Source: Thermovirgaceae bacterium
GTDB lineage: Bacteria; Synergistota; Synergistia; Synergistales; Thermovirgaceae
Assembly (NCBI GenBank): GCA_046542505.1
Contig: JBKHBH010000006.1
Location: 1-50,643, forward strand
Reading direction: 5' to 3'
Length of the DNA stretch: 50,643 nt
The translations under genes and the position numbers were made by a program. Shown one piece after another: positions 1-9,059 of the stretch. The first letter of the stretch is position 1. Each line of letters opens with the position of its first letter. The notes under the pieces are model-generated. The model was not told the DNA's origin. It ran no database searches and saw nothing but the letters and a program-made list of their open reading frames with translations.

Positions 1-247
1 AAAGTGGTCCCGTCGAGATTAATCAAGGGACATTTTTGCTTTTTATCTTCTACAACTCGAACTGGCATTTTCCGCAGGGCGTTTTATAATCATTTGAAAG
101 GGTTTCTGTTAAATCTACGCAGAGCCGCATATATCATTTGTTCACGTGCTGAACCTGTCCAGTTATCGCCACCCACTGTCTTTGCTGCTACTATCCATGT
201 TTACAAGGGATTGCAGCCTGGGACAAGCAGGAAAAAGGAGAGCCTCC

Positions 248-1996
248 ATGAAAGAATCCACCACGAAACCGGCGCTTCGGATTGCGCTTGTGTATGCTGC
301 GGTTGCCGCAATGTGGATCTTCTTTTCGGCCCGGCTTCTGCAATTGTTTGTTCACAACCCCGACAGATACCTTTACCTTGAAATATACAAGGGCATGGGG
401 TTTGTAGCGGTAACATCCTTTTTGCTCTATGTCATGATGAAGCACCAGTTCGGCCGTATGGAGGTGATGCACAGGGACAGGCTGGAAGAAGTAACACGGA
501 AAGAAAACATCCTTCACCGCCTGGAGCATTACCTCAAGGTAAGCCCCACGGTGACATGGGCGGGGAAAGTCCAAGACGGGAAGATCCGTCCTGTCTGGTT
601 CAGCGAGAACCTTCACCAACTGACGGGTTACTCACCCGCCGAAGCACTTGAGCCAAACTGGTGGCAAAAACATGTCCACCCTGATGACCTCCCCGGGATG
701 GAGCACCAAATCTCAGGCCTTTTCAAAAAGGGAAGCCTGGGAAGTGAATACCGGCTTTTCCGCAAGGACGGGTCGGTGATATGGGTCCGGGAAGAAATAC
801 GGACGCCGGACAGGGGAAGACACGCCGAAGACGTGGTGGGGACATGGACGATCATCACAAGGCAAAAGGAAGCGGAACTCTCTCTTGCCGAAAACGAAAA
901 GCAGTACCGGAGTCTCTTTGAAAATGCACCGGTGGCCGTTTTCATCAATCAGGACGATTTGGTTGTCATGGCCAACAGGGCCTGTTTGAGACTTTTCAAA
1001 GCGAAAGAACCGGCCCACCTTCTGGGGCGCTCGATTTATACACTGTTTCATCCGGAATTTCACGAGCTGATTAAAAAGCGTATCTCAATCATCCGTGAAC
1101 AGAACAAAGAGGTTCCGACCATCGAGGAAAGAATCCTGACTCTCAACGGCGCTGACGTGGATGTTGAAGTCTCGGCTGCGCCCTTTACACTCCATGGGAA
1201 GCCCGCCTTGCACGTCATCCTGCAAGACATCACCGCGCGTAAGGAATCGGAACGCAAACTCAGGGAACTGAACGCCGAGCTGGAACAGCGGGTGGCCGAA
1301 CGTACGGCCGAACTCGAAATCCGTAACCGGGAGCTTGAAACGTTCACCTACTCAGTCTCTCATGACCTGAAGGCCCCCCTGCGGGGTATCGACGGATACA
1401 GCCGCCTGCTTCTGGAAGACCACTTCGAAAGTCTCGACGAAGAAGGCCGGAGTTTCCTTAAGGTGATCCGGGAGGCATCCCAGCAGATGAGCCGGCTCAT
1501 CGACGATCTGCTGGATTATTCGCGCATGGAGCGGCAACCCATGAAGGCAGGGTTGGTGGACCTCAGGAAACTGATCGATTTGACCCTTCGCGAACGAGAA
1601 GAAGAGATCTCCAAAGTAGGAATCGACGTCCAGATCAGTCTTCCCTTCGATACCGTCAGGGCCGATGAAGACGGGATAACCCTGGTACTGCGCAATTTCC
1701 TGGAAAACGCGGTAAAGTTCAGCGATCCTACGCGAGGTCCTGAAATCGAGATCGGAGGGAGAGAAAGCGACAGATCCTGGGTCATCTGGGTCCGGGACAA
1801 CGGTATCGGTTTCGACATGTCTTTTCATGACCGTATTTTCGGCATCTTCCAAAGGCTTCACCGATCGGAGGATTACGAGGGCACCGGCGTCGGGCTGGCC
1901 ATTGTCAAGAAAGCGGTGGAGCGCATGGGGGGCAAAACCTGGGCGGAAAGCAGCCCCGGTGAAGGTTCGACGTTTTTTCTGGAGATACCAAAATGA
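248..1996 (+). CDS. Membrane-anchored PAS-PAS sensor histidine kinase (Cph1/bacteriophytochrome-type kinase core, no photosensory module)
   Basis: Two N-terminal hydrophobic helices; two PAS domains (HVHPDD..EYRL; LFENAPVAV..DITARKE); H-box FTYSVSHDLKAPLRGI; N-box NFLENAVKF; G boxes DNGIGFD and GTGVGLAIV. Start moved to ATG 248, which follows AAGGAG. Confidence 0.93.
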   Translation: MKESTTKPALRIALVYAAVAAMWIFFSARLLQLFVHNPDRYLYLEIYKGMGFVAVTSFLLYVMMKHQFGRMEVMHRDRLEEVTRKENILHRLEHYLKVSPTVTWAGKVQDGKIRPVWFSENLHQLTGYSPAEALEPNWWQKHVHPDDLPGMEHQISGLFKKGSLGSEYRLFRKDGSVIWVREEIRTPDRGRHAEDVVGTWTIITRQKEAELSLAENEKQYRSLFENAPVAVFINQDDLVVMANRACLRLFKAKEPAHLLGRSIYTLFHPEFHELIKKRISIIREQNKEVPTIEERILTLNGADVDVEVSAAPFTLHGKPALHVILQDITARKESERKLRELNAELEQRVAERTAELEIRNRELETFTYSVSHDLKAPLRGIDGYSRLLLEDHFESLDEEGRSFLKVIREASQQMSRLIDDLLDYSRMERQPMKAGLVDLRKLIDLTLREREEEISKVGIDVQISLPFDTVRADEDGITLVLRNFLENAVKFSDPTRGPEIEIGGRESDRSWVIWVRDNGIGFDMSFHDRIFGIFQRLHRSEDYEGTGVGLAIVKKAVERMGGKTWAESSPGEGSTFFLEIPK

Positions 1997-2421
1997 CGCA
2001 AAAATGCCTGCGTCCCATCCTTTTGGTGGAAGACAACCCGCTGGACCTGGATCTCACTATGAGGGCCTTCAGCAAAAGCAGGCTTTCGAACCCCATCGAG
2101 GTCGCCCGTGACGGGGCGGAAGCCATAGCCTGGATGGAACGGTGGGAAGCGGGCCAAAAGGCGCCCGTCGTAATCCTTCTTGACCTGAAGCTGCCGAAGA
2201 TCAACGGCCTGGAGGTTCTCAGGCAATACAAGACACGGGAAGTGTCAAAAAAGATCCCACTGGTGGTCCTGACAACTTCCGAAGAAGACCGCGATATCCG
2301 CAGGGCCTACGATCTCGGGGCCAATTCCTACATCGTAAAGCCGGTGGTATTTGAAAAATTCCTGGAAGTAACCCATCAGATCGAGATATACTGGCTGGCA
2401 TTAAACAGGCCGCCCGAATGA
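1993..2421 (+). CDS. Single-domain response regulator (Rcp1-like)
   Basis: ILLVEDNP, phospho-acceptor ILLDLKLP, LTTS, GANSYIVKP; ATGA overlap with the kinase stop. Confidence 0.93.
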   Translation: MTQKCLRPILLVEDNPLDLDLTMRAFSKSRLSNPIEVARDGAEAIAWMERWEAGQKAPVVILLDLKLPKINGLEVLRQYKTREVSKKIPLVVLTTSEEDRDIRRAYDLGANSYIVKPVVFEKFLEVTHQIEIYWLALNRPPE

Positions 2422-2450
2422 CGCTCCCTCAGAAAGCTGGTGGAAATTTC

Positions 2451-3866
2451 ATGAAGGTGCTCTACGTGGAAGACGACTTGCGTGATACCGATCTCGTGGT
2501 AAGGGCGATGGCCAAAAGAGCCCCCCATATCGGGATCGATAACGTGACATCCATAGAAGAGGCACGGAAACGTCTGGAAGGGACCAGGCAATACGATCTG
2601 GTCCTTGCGGACCTGCACCTGCCTGACGGAACCGGCCTTGACCTTCTGAGAGAGATCAGAACCCGCGAAATCCCTATAGCCGTGGTGATTTTGACGGGCC
2701 ACGGCGACGAGGAAACGGTTGTTTCCGTCATCAAGGCCGGTGCCGACGATTATCTGCCCAAGCGGCCCGGCTTTACCGATCTCCTTCCTCAAACCCTCGA
2801 AGACGCCTTCAACCGGTTCGATATTGTCCGGGCCCTCAGGGTCCGCCCGTTGCGGGTCCTTTACGCCGAGCATGACACGGCGGATATCGACCTGACCAGC
2901 AGGCACATAAAAAACTTCGCAAGGCATATCAAACTTGAGATCGCCGCCAGCGGGAAAGAAGCCCTTGAAAGGCTTCCGGCCTCTAAGGAAGAACCCTGCC
3001 CCTGGGATGTTTTCCTCCTCGATTACCGGCTTCCCGGGGAAAACTCCTTCGACGTGCTCAAGACCATACGTATCGAACGGCAACTGGACCTTCCCGTGAT
3101 CCTCGTCACGGGCCAGGGGGACGAAGATATAGCCGCGCAGGCAATGCGCCTGGGTGCCGCCGATTACATCGTAAAGAACTCGAACTATCTCCATCGCCTG
3201 CCGGCGCTCATCGAGAGCGCATACAGCAGCGCCAGCATCAAACGGGAAAAGGCGGCCCTCAAAGAGAGCGAAAAACGATACAGGGAACTTTTCGAGGGGA
3301 TGCTTCTCTCCCTGGGAAAGCTCACGGAAGTCAGGGACCCCTACACTTCAGGACATCAACAGCGGGTCGCGGACCTTGCCACGGCCATCGCAGGGAAAAT
3401 GGAACTCGAACCGGACCGCATCGAGGGGATTAACGCCGCGGGAATCCTGCACGACATCGGCAAGCTCACCATTCCGGCGGAGATCCTCACGAAACCGGCA
3501 ACGCTCAACGAACTGGAATACCGCCTGGTGAAGCTTCACCCCCAGACGGGGTACGACATTCTCAAGGAAATCAAGTTTCCCTGGCCGCTGCCGGAGATGG
3601 TGCTCCAGCATCACGAACGGCTCGACGGGTCAGGATATCCCCAGGGCCTTTCGGGGGAGGACATCATGCTGGAGGCAAGAATCCTGGCAGTGGCGGACGT
3701 CTTCGAGGCCATGTCGTCCTTCCGGCCCTACAGGGCAGCCCTCGGCATGGCGGAAGCCCTTGACGAGATTCAAAGCGGTTCCGGAATCCTTTACGACGAA
3801 AAAGTTGTGGCGGCCTGCGTCGAGCTGATAGAAGACGGATTCGATCTGGACAAGATGAACGAGTGA
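2451..3866 (+). CDS. REC-REC-HD-GYP c-di-GMP phosphodiesterase / response regulator
   Basis: Two receiver domains (VLYVEDD..LADLHLPD; VLYAEHD..LLDYRLPG) followed by RDPYTSGH..HDIGK..HHERLDGSGYP. Start is 2451 or 2418. Confidence 0.92.
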   Translation: MKVLYVEDDLRDTDLVVRAMAKRAPHIGIDNVTSIEEARKRLEGTRQYDLVLADLHLPDGTGLDLLREIRTREIPIAVVILTGHGDEETVVSVIKAGADDYLPKRPGFTDLLPQTLEDAFNRFDIVRALRVRPLRVLYAEHDTADIDLTSRHIKNFARHIKLEIAASGKEALERLPASKEEPCPWDVFLLDYRLPGENSFDVLKTIRIERQLDLPVILVTGQGDEDIAAQAMRLGAADYIVKNSNYLHRLPALIESAYSSASIKREKAALKESEKRYRELFEGMLLSLGKLTEVRDPYTSGHQQRVADLATAIAGKMELEPDRIEGINAAGILHDIGKLTIPAEILTKPATLNELEYRLVKLHPQTGYDILKEIKFPWPLPEMVLQHHERLDGSGYPQGLSGEDIMLEARILAVADVFEAMSSFRPYRAALGMAEALDEIQSGSGILYDEKVVAACVELIEDGFDLDKMNE

Positions 3867-4154
3867 CTTTGCGGTTTTCGTCCCGATAAACATGCCCGGC
3901 ACCTACCGGGCGACCCCGGACCACCAGCCTTCCTGGGTACCGAATGACCTTTCCCCCGACTTTTTTTGAAACGCCCCGTTTTCTTCAATGGCAAAGTTTC
4001 TTTCGCCCCCATTGGGGCCACTGCTTCAGACTCCCTGGTGGCTTCAAATCTTTTGCTAATTTTGCATGTGGTGTAAAATACGGGCAATGCTTTAGTATAA
4101 TGAATATCGTTTTCATTTCAACGCCAATCATCACTTTGAGGAGGAATCATTATT

Positions 4155-5456
4155 ATGGAAAACCGGTCGGGTCTTTTGTCCTTCGGTGCTCTGGCAATCA
4201 TTTCGGCAGCGTTGTTTTCGGGACATTTCGGCGTTGGTGACGTCATCTTCCCGCCGATTCTCGGGAAAGACTCAGCAGCATCCTGGCTCGTGGCGGCCTT
4301 GGGGTACGGGATCATCAACAGCCTTGGCGTCATGGTGGCTTACCTTGCCGTCGCGCGCCAGCAGAAAACGCTGCTGGAGATGACGTCGAGGACTCTCGGA
4401 AGGACCTTCGGAGTGGTCTTCACGACGATTTGCATGCTCATCATCGGGCCTGTCTTCATCCTGCCCAGGGTGTCATCGGCCACGCACGAAATGGCCGTGG
4501 CGCTCTTTTTCCCGAACTTCCCCCTGTGGGGCACGCTGCTCGTCTTTTTCGCACTGAACTTCTGGGTAGCCTACAACAGGGCCCAGGTCATCGACCGGCT
4601 CGGCAAGTACCTGTCGCCTGCGCTGATTGTTTTCATGGCCATCCTGATCATCAAGGGAATCCTCTCGCCCATCGCATCGGTGTCTGAAACAGGCTCCGAA
4701 AGTCCTCTCGCCGAGGGCATCCTCAACGGATACAACACCATGAACGCCCTGGGAGCATCCCTTTTCGGAGGATGGGTCCTGAAGGAGCTCAGCATGAGGG
4801 GCATTCCGGACAAATCGGACCAGGCCAGAAACCTCTATGTCATCGGGCCCGTGGTCGCCCTGGGCCTGCTCATTACATCCACGGGGATCACCTACCTGGG
4901 AGCCACGGCAAGCACAGCCTACCCCGAAGCCCCTATCGGCGTCTACACGGTCATGATCGCCGAAGGGCTCCTCGGGACTGTGGGCAAGGCCATTTTCGGC
5001 GCCCTGCTGGCCTTTGCCTGCTTCACCACTTCCGTCGGCCTCACCTCCACGGCAGGCGACGTTTTCAGCGAAATGACGGGCGGGAAGCTTTCATACCGCG
5101 CAATCGTTGCGGCGTCAAGCTTCACGGGCTTCGCCATAGGGCTGGTAGGGCTTTCCAAGATAGTCGGCTATACCGTCCCCTGGCTGATGCTGATCTACCC
5201 CGCCATCATCGTCCTTCTGGTGGGTAATCTCTTCGATTTCGGAAAGGCGAAACTGGCGATTCAGACAGGCGTTATAATAGCAATCGTCCTCAGTGTGGGG
5301 GATTTTCTCACAGGTATGGGTTTCGACGGCAATTTTCTGAGCGCCATGACGTCTCGCTTCCCCCTGGCGGCCCAGGGGATGGCCTGGCTCGTTCCAGCTC
5401 TCATCGGTGCCGCCATAGCTTTTGTCTTTTCCGGCATGACAAGGAAAACGGCCTGA
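4155..5456 (+). CDS. brnQ: Branched-chain amino acid:cation symporter (LIVCS family)
   Basis: HFGVGDVIFPPILG, IGPVFILPR, IDRLGKYLSP, GYNTMNALG and ACFTTSVGL match BrnQ motifs; about 12 TM helices; GAGGAGG RBS. Confidence 0.85.
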   Translation: MENRSGLLSFGALAIISAALFSGHFGVGDVIFPPILGKDSAASWLVAALGYGIINSLGVMVAYLAVARQQKTLLEMTSRTLGRTFGVVFTTICMLIIGPVFILPRVSSATHEMAVALFFPNFPLWGTLLVFFALNFWVAYNRAQVIDRLGKYLSPALIVFMAILIIKGILSPIASVSETGSESPLAEGILNGYNTMNALGASLFGGWVLKELSMRGIPDKSDQARNLYVIGPVVALGLLITSTGITYLGATASTAYPEAPIGVYTVMIAEGLLGTVGKAIFGALLAFACFTTSVGLTSTAGDVFSEMTGGKLSYRAIVAASSFTGFAIGLVGLSKIVGYTVPWLMLIYPAIIVLLVGNLFDFGKAKLAIQTGVIIAIVLSVGDFLTGMGFDGNFLSAMTSRFPLAAQGMAWLVPALIGAAIAFVFSGMTRKTA

Positions 5457-5472
5457 TTCAGGAGGTGGTCTC

Positions 5473-6351
5473 GTGAAGTTCACAAAAGAAACAGATGCGG
5501 TACGGATCGTCACGATACTTGACGATTACGCGGGATATGAAACGCCCTTTCTGGCGCAACACGGGATTTCCCTGCTCGTAGAAGTGGAAAACGGCGGCAG
5601 CTGCCAAAGGATCCTCATGGACACCGGGCAGTCGGCCCTGCCGATTCTCCACAATCTAAAGATCCTGGGCATCGAGCCTTCTTCCATCGACGCCGTGGTC
5701 CTTTCCCACTGTCACTACGACCACACGGCGGGACTTGCGGAAACACTCGAGGCCATCGGGAAAAAGGAGCTTCCGGTGATCGCCCACCCGGGGATATTCC
5801 GCCCCAACTACATCTTTGATCCCGTTATCCGCAACATCGGCGTCACCAGGGAAAACGGCCGGGAGGCCATCGAGAGAGCCGGGGGCGAGCTCGTGCTGGT
5901 CGACGAGCCTTTCGAAGTCGCCCCCGGCGTGGTCGCCACGGGAGAAGTACCCCGAAAGCGCGACTTTGAAAAACAAGGGATCGGCACCTACAACATCGAA
6001 GGCGGCAAGGTCACACCCGACGAAATCCGGGACGACCTCTCCCTGGCAGTGAACGTGGCCGGCAAGGGGCTTGCCGTGGTCTCCGGCTGCAGTCACGCCG
6101 GAATCATCAACATCATCGACTGGTCGAAGGAGATTACGGGCAAGGATCGGGTTGATGTGGTCATCGGCGGGTTCCACCTCATCGAGGCGACACAGGAGCG
6201 GATTGAAAAGACCGCCGCCGCCCTGGTGGAACTGGACGTGAAAAAGATCGTCACGGGACATTGCACGGGGCTGCCGGCTCTTTGCGAGTTCCGCAGCGTT
6301 CTCGGCGAACGTTTCGAGCAGCTTCACGCCGGAACGATTATCGAGATTTAA
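5473..6351 (+). CDS. MBL-fold metallo-hydrolase (DHPS-like/MJ0301-type subfamily)
   Basis: QHGISLLVE, ILMDTG, SHCHYDH (HxHxDH), SGCSHAG, GGFHL, GHCTG; GGAGGT RBS before GTG. Confidence 0.88.
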   Translation: MKFTKETDAVRIVTILDDYAGYETPFLAQHGISLLVEVENGGSCQRILMDTGQSALPILHNLKILGIEPSSIDAVVLSHCHYDHTAGLAETLEAIGKKELPVIAHPGIFRPNYIFDPVIRNIGVTRENGREAIERAGGELVLVDEPFEVAPGVVATGEVPRKRDFEKQGIGTYNIEGGKVTPDEIRDDLSLAVNVAGKGLAVVSGCSHAGIINIIDWSKEITGKDRVDVVIGGFHLIEATQERIEKTAAALVELDVKKIVTGHCTGLPALCEFRSVLGERFEQLHAGTIIEI

Positions 6352-6380
6352 ACTCCTCCACCCCTTCGTAGGGGGACATG

Positions 6381-6420
6381 ACAGGCGAGGCGGCGTCCCC
6401 GGAGGCGCCGCCTCGCCTGT
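6381..6420. terminator. GC-rich hairpin between convergent genes (probable bidirectional terminator)
   Basis: ACAGGCGAGGCGGCGTC..GGCGCCGCCTCGCCTGT forms a ~17-bp stem between the stops at 6351 and 6424; the U-tail is weak. Confidence 0.65.
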
Positions 6421-6423
6421 TCG

Positions 6424-7755
6424 TCAGACAGGAAGGTGGGCGGCGATGTTCCCAAGGTGCTCCTCGATTTTTACCTGGAGTTTTTCCGTGTTCTTTTCGA
6501 TGGCGTCGGCGCTGTTGCGGATGGTGGAAACCTTGGTAAAAATGTCCGAGGCATACCGGAGCGCTCCGCTGATATTTTCGATCTCGCTGCGGATGTAATC
6601 GGCGTCCACTGCCTGTTCCTCTTCCTCGCGGACTCGGGAGACGATCAGTGTCCGGGCGATCCGGTAGGCGGCATCAAAAAAAAGCAGGGGGCTTCCCTCG
6701 GCGAGGTGTTCCTCGTCTACAGTGACGATAAAGTCGTTGCCGTACCTGTAGAAATCGTCCACTTCCGGGGGCTCCATGCCCTTGCAGAAGGCGAAGATGC
6801 CGATCACTGCACCGCGGTTTTTCTTGGCCCTGTCAAGCTCTTCAATGGTCTTCTTGAGAGTGTAGCCGGAGGCTTTTTTTGCCTCGAAGACGATAACCTT
6901 CCCGGGGGCGCGGGTGGTTTCCCCAAGGCGGACCACGTAGTCACCTACTTTTTCGTAGGCCACGAGGCCTTTCGCACCGGAGGTGTTTTCCGACTCGTCA
7001 TCGAGTCCCCGCGCAAGCGCGGCAAGATGGTCGTAAAGGGCCGTCTCGAAATCCCGGCCCTTGGCGGTGCCCCGCTTCGCCTCTTCGAAGCGTCCCTTTT
7101 CCTTCTCGAGCAGGCTTTTGATCTCGGCGTAATGTTCCGAGGTCGACTTCTGAAGCTTTTCGATCTCTTCCCTGAGAGACCGCTTGAGACGGCTCAGGGA
7201 GCTCGTTTCGTCGTCCAGGGAGAAAGATTCGAGGATACGGCCGGAACCTTCCTTGAGGATACCCTCCACGGCCTTTTCGATGCGGCTTTGAAGCCCTTCC
7301 CTGTTGGCGGGGTCGATCTGCCGCCCCAGATAGCTGTTGGGCCCCACCTTGCCGTCCAGGATGTCGCATAGCTTTCCTTTTTCCGAATTGAAATAGGTTT
7401 CAAGGATCCTCGAAACGCTGCCGTTTTCACCGAAATGGCGTTCGATGCACAGGGGGACAGATCCGCCTTCGGTTCGGAAATATTGCTCCAGCCTCTGTTT
7501 CAGGTCATCCCTGAAGCCGGACATTTTTTCGTCCATTTCCCGCTCGACCTGGCGAAATTTCTCCTCCACCACCCGGGTATCCAGTGACGGCGACGCAGAC
7601 TGGATGGCTATGACACCCACCTTGAGGGCATCCAGGGCCTTTTGCGGTCGTTCGTCATCTGAAAACCGCTGGAGATATTCGTAAACGACATTATCCGTGA
7701 CCTTCAGGGTGATGGTCATCTTTTCTTCCGGCACTTCCCATTCCGTTTTGTTCAT
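6424..7755 (-). CDS. Coiled-coil protein with C-terminal PD-(D/E)xK nuclease-like domain (RmuC/DUF2130-like architecture)
   Basis: Long helical, charged central region, then KGRDFE..KVGDYVV..IVFEAKK (E..D..ExK); GGAGGT RBS. Confidence 0.6.
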   Translation of the reverse strand: MNKTEWEVPEEKMTITLKVTDNVVYEYLQRFSDDERPQKALDALKVGVIAIQSASPSLDTRVVEEKFRQVEREMDEKMSGFRDDLKQRLEQYFRTEGGSVPLCIERHFGENGSVSRILETYFNSEKGKLCDILDGKVGPNSYLGRQIDPANREGLQSRIEKAVEGILKEGSGRILESFSLDDETSSLSRLKRSLREEIEKLQKSTSEHYAEIKSLLEKEKGRFEEAKRGTAKGRDFETALYDHLAALARGLDDESENTSGAKGLVAYEKVGDYVVRLGETTRAPGKVIVFEAKKASGYTLKKTIEELDRAKKNRGAVIGIFAFCKGMEPPEVDDFYRYGNDFIVTVDEEHLAEGSPLLFFDAAYRIARTLIVSRVREEEEQAVDADYIRSEIENISGALRYASDIFTKVSTIRNSADAIEKNTEKLQVKIEEHLGNIAAHLPV

Positions 7756-7875
7756 TGCGGCACCTCCGTCAAGCGAAACTTCCGATCAAGTATATCAAGA
7801 CAGCCCGGGCCAAAGGACAGCAAAAAAGCCGGACCCCACAGGAAGAGGCCCGGCCCCGTGAAAAGTCCGGCGTTG

Positions 7876-8298
7876 TCACTGTCCTTTCCAGCCATGTTCC
7901 AGTCCGCCGCCGGCGGTGCGTTTCCAGGGAAGCCAGATGATGCCGAAAAGGCGCAGTGACAGGTCCCCGGCCTTCGGACTGATGACGATTTCTTCAACGG
8001 GGACGTTGCCGCCCGAGGTTGCATGGAGAGCATCGATTTCCTTCTGGATACGGGCCTCCAGGTCGGCGATCTCCGCCTCGACGGACTGGGACTGCACCGT
8101 TTCCTTCGCTCTCGCGAAATCCTGATGCTTCTTTTTCATTCGGCCCGCTTTGGACAGGGCGGTGCCCATTCTGGAAGCGGAGTAGGTATTGATCTTCCGT
8201 TCCAGAAGGGCACCCGCTATGGCCGAGTCGAATGGAATCACCGCGATACTTGATGAACCTGTTAAAGCATACGCTGCCCGCGGCCTGACGAATAGCAC
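7876..8298 (-). pseudogene. 3'-terminal remnant of a large HerA/DUF87-type ATP-binding protein gene
   Basis: AIAGALLERK..SASRMGTALSKAGRMKK..DFARAKETV..EIADLEARIQKEIDAL..EEIVISPKAGD..IWLPW resembles, from memory, the C-terminal tail of ~800-aa HerA-like ATPases. No Walker motifs, no credible RBS/start, and the N-terminus does not fit the family. Confidence 0.55.
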
Positions 8299-8384
8299 GG
8301 AGATTCGGGGCCCACAAAACAGGCGGCCCAGCCGGGCCGCCTGTGAAACATTTCTTGAAACACTTTTTTATGGACCCCTGAAAT

Positions 8385-9053
8385 TTATCCCTCCGCGTTT
8401 TCCTTTGGGGGAAGTTCTTCGAGAGGCTCTTCCATAAGGTTCCCATGCCTTCTCAGAAGGGGCAAATCCATTTTTGCGACAAAATCCTTCAAACGGTCGG
8501 CCGCCACAAAGGCTGAGCCATCTTTCCATTTCACATGGATCCATTCATCAGGAAAATCCGCCGGGGTCCCTCCAGAAACGGTCCAGCCACGTTCCCTCGC
8601 TTCCGCCGCAAGGGGAGGAGCCTCCTCCCCGGGCAAGGACACACGAGCGTCAGGCCAGTATCCGTCATTGCCCCATTGGTATGTCCGTGTACGAAACCCG
8701 ACGCCGACTCCTCGGTACACGAGTCCCGTGAAGACATCCGGAAGGGTGTATCCTTCTATTTCAATGTGGCCGTGCCGGGCCTCAGATCGTGATCCCTTTG
8801 CCGAGTATGTGATCCAGTGATACATCCCCTCGCAAAGCTCTGCAGGTTCCTCGCCTTCCTCTTCAGAACCTGGTCTTTGCGGGATGGAGAGTTTTCCCTC
8901 CTCGAGAACTTTCTCGAGCTCCTTTTCAAGAGCACTGAAATCGTCACCGGAAACCGGTGAGTCTGCCGAGACCTTATCGGCCCAGGCACCGGCAGCCGGG
9001 ATCAGGGCAAGAAAGGACAGAATGCCCACAAGCAGCAAAAGACTTGATTTCAT
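8385..9053 (-). CDS. Exported hypothetical protein
   Basis: Signal peptide MKSSLLLLVGILSFLALIPAAGAWA; acidic linker; Trp/Tyr/Gly-rich globular part; AGGAGG RBS; starts 6 nt after the TPR gene. Confidence 0.75.
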   Translation of the reverse strand: MKSSLLLLVGILSFLALIPAAGAWADKVSADSPVSGDDFSALEKELEKVLEEGKLSIPQRPGSEEEGEEPAELCEGMYHWITYSAKGSRSEARHGHIEIEGYTLPDVFTGLVYRGVGVGFRTRTYQWGNDGYWPDARVSLPGEEAPPLAAEARERGWTVSGGTPADFPDEWIHVKWKDGSAFVAADRLKDFVAKMDLPLLRRHGNLMEEPLEELPPKENAEG

Positions 9054-9059
9054 CGACTG

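Noticed and set aside
3867..4154. T-box or attenuator upstream of brnQ
   Set aside because: No GGTGGNACC T-box motif or terminator; only AT-rich promoter-like boxes (TAAAAT, TATAAT).
6436..7371. 311-aa plus-strand ORF
   Set aside because: Antisense shadow of the 6424-7755 gene; no motifs.
8344..8362. TGAAACA direct repeat with 12-nt period
   Set aside because: Only two short copies and no intact downstream gene; compatible with chance.
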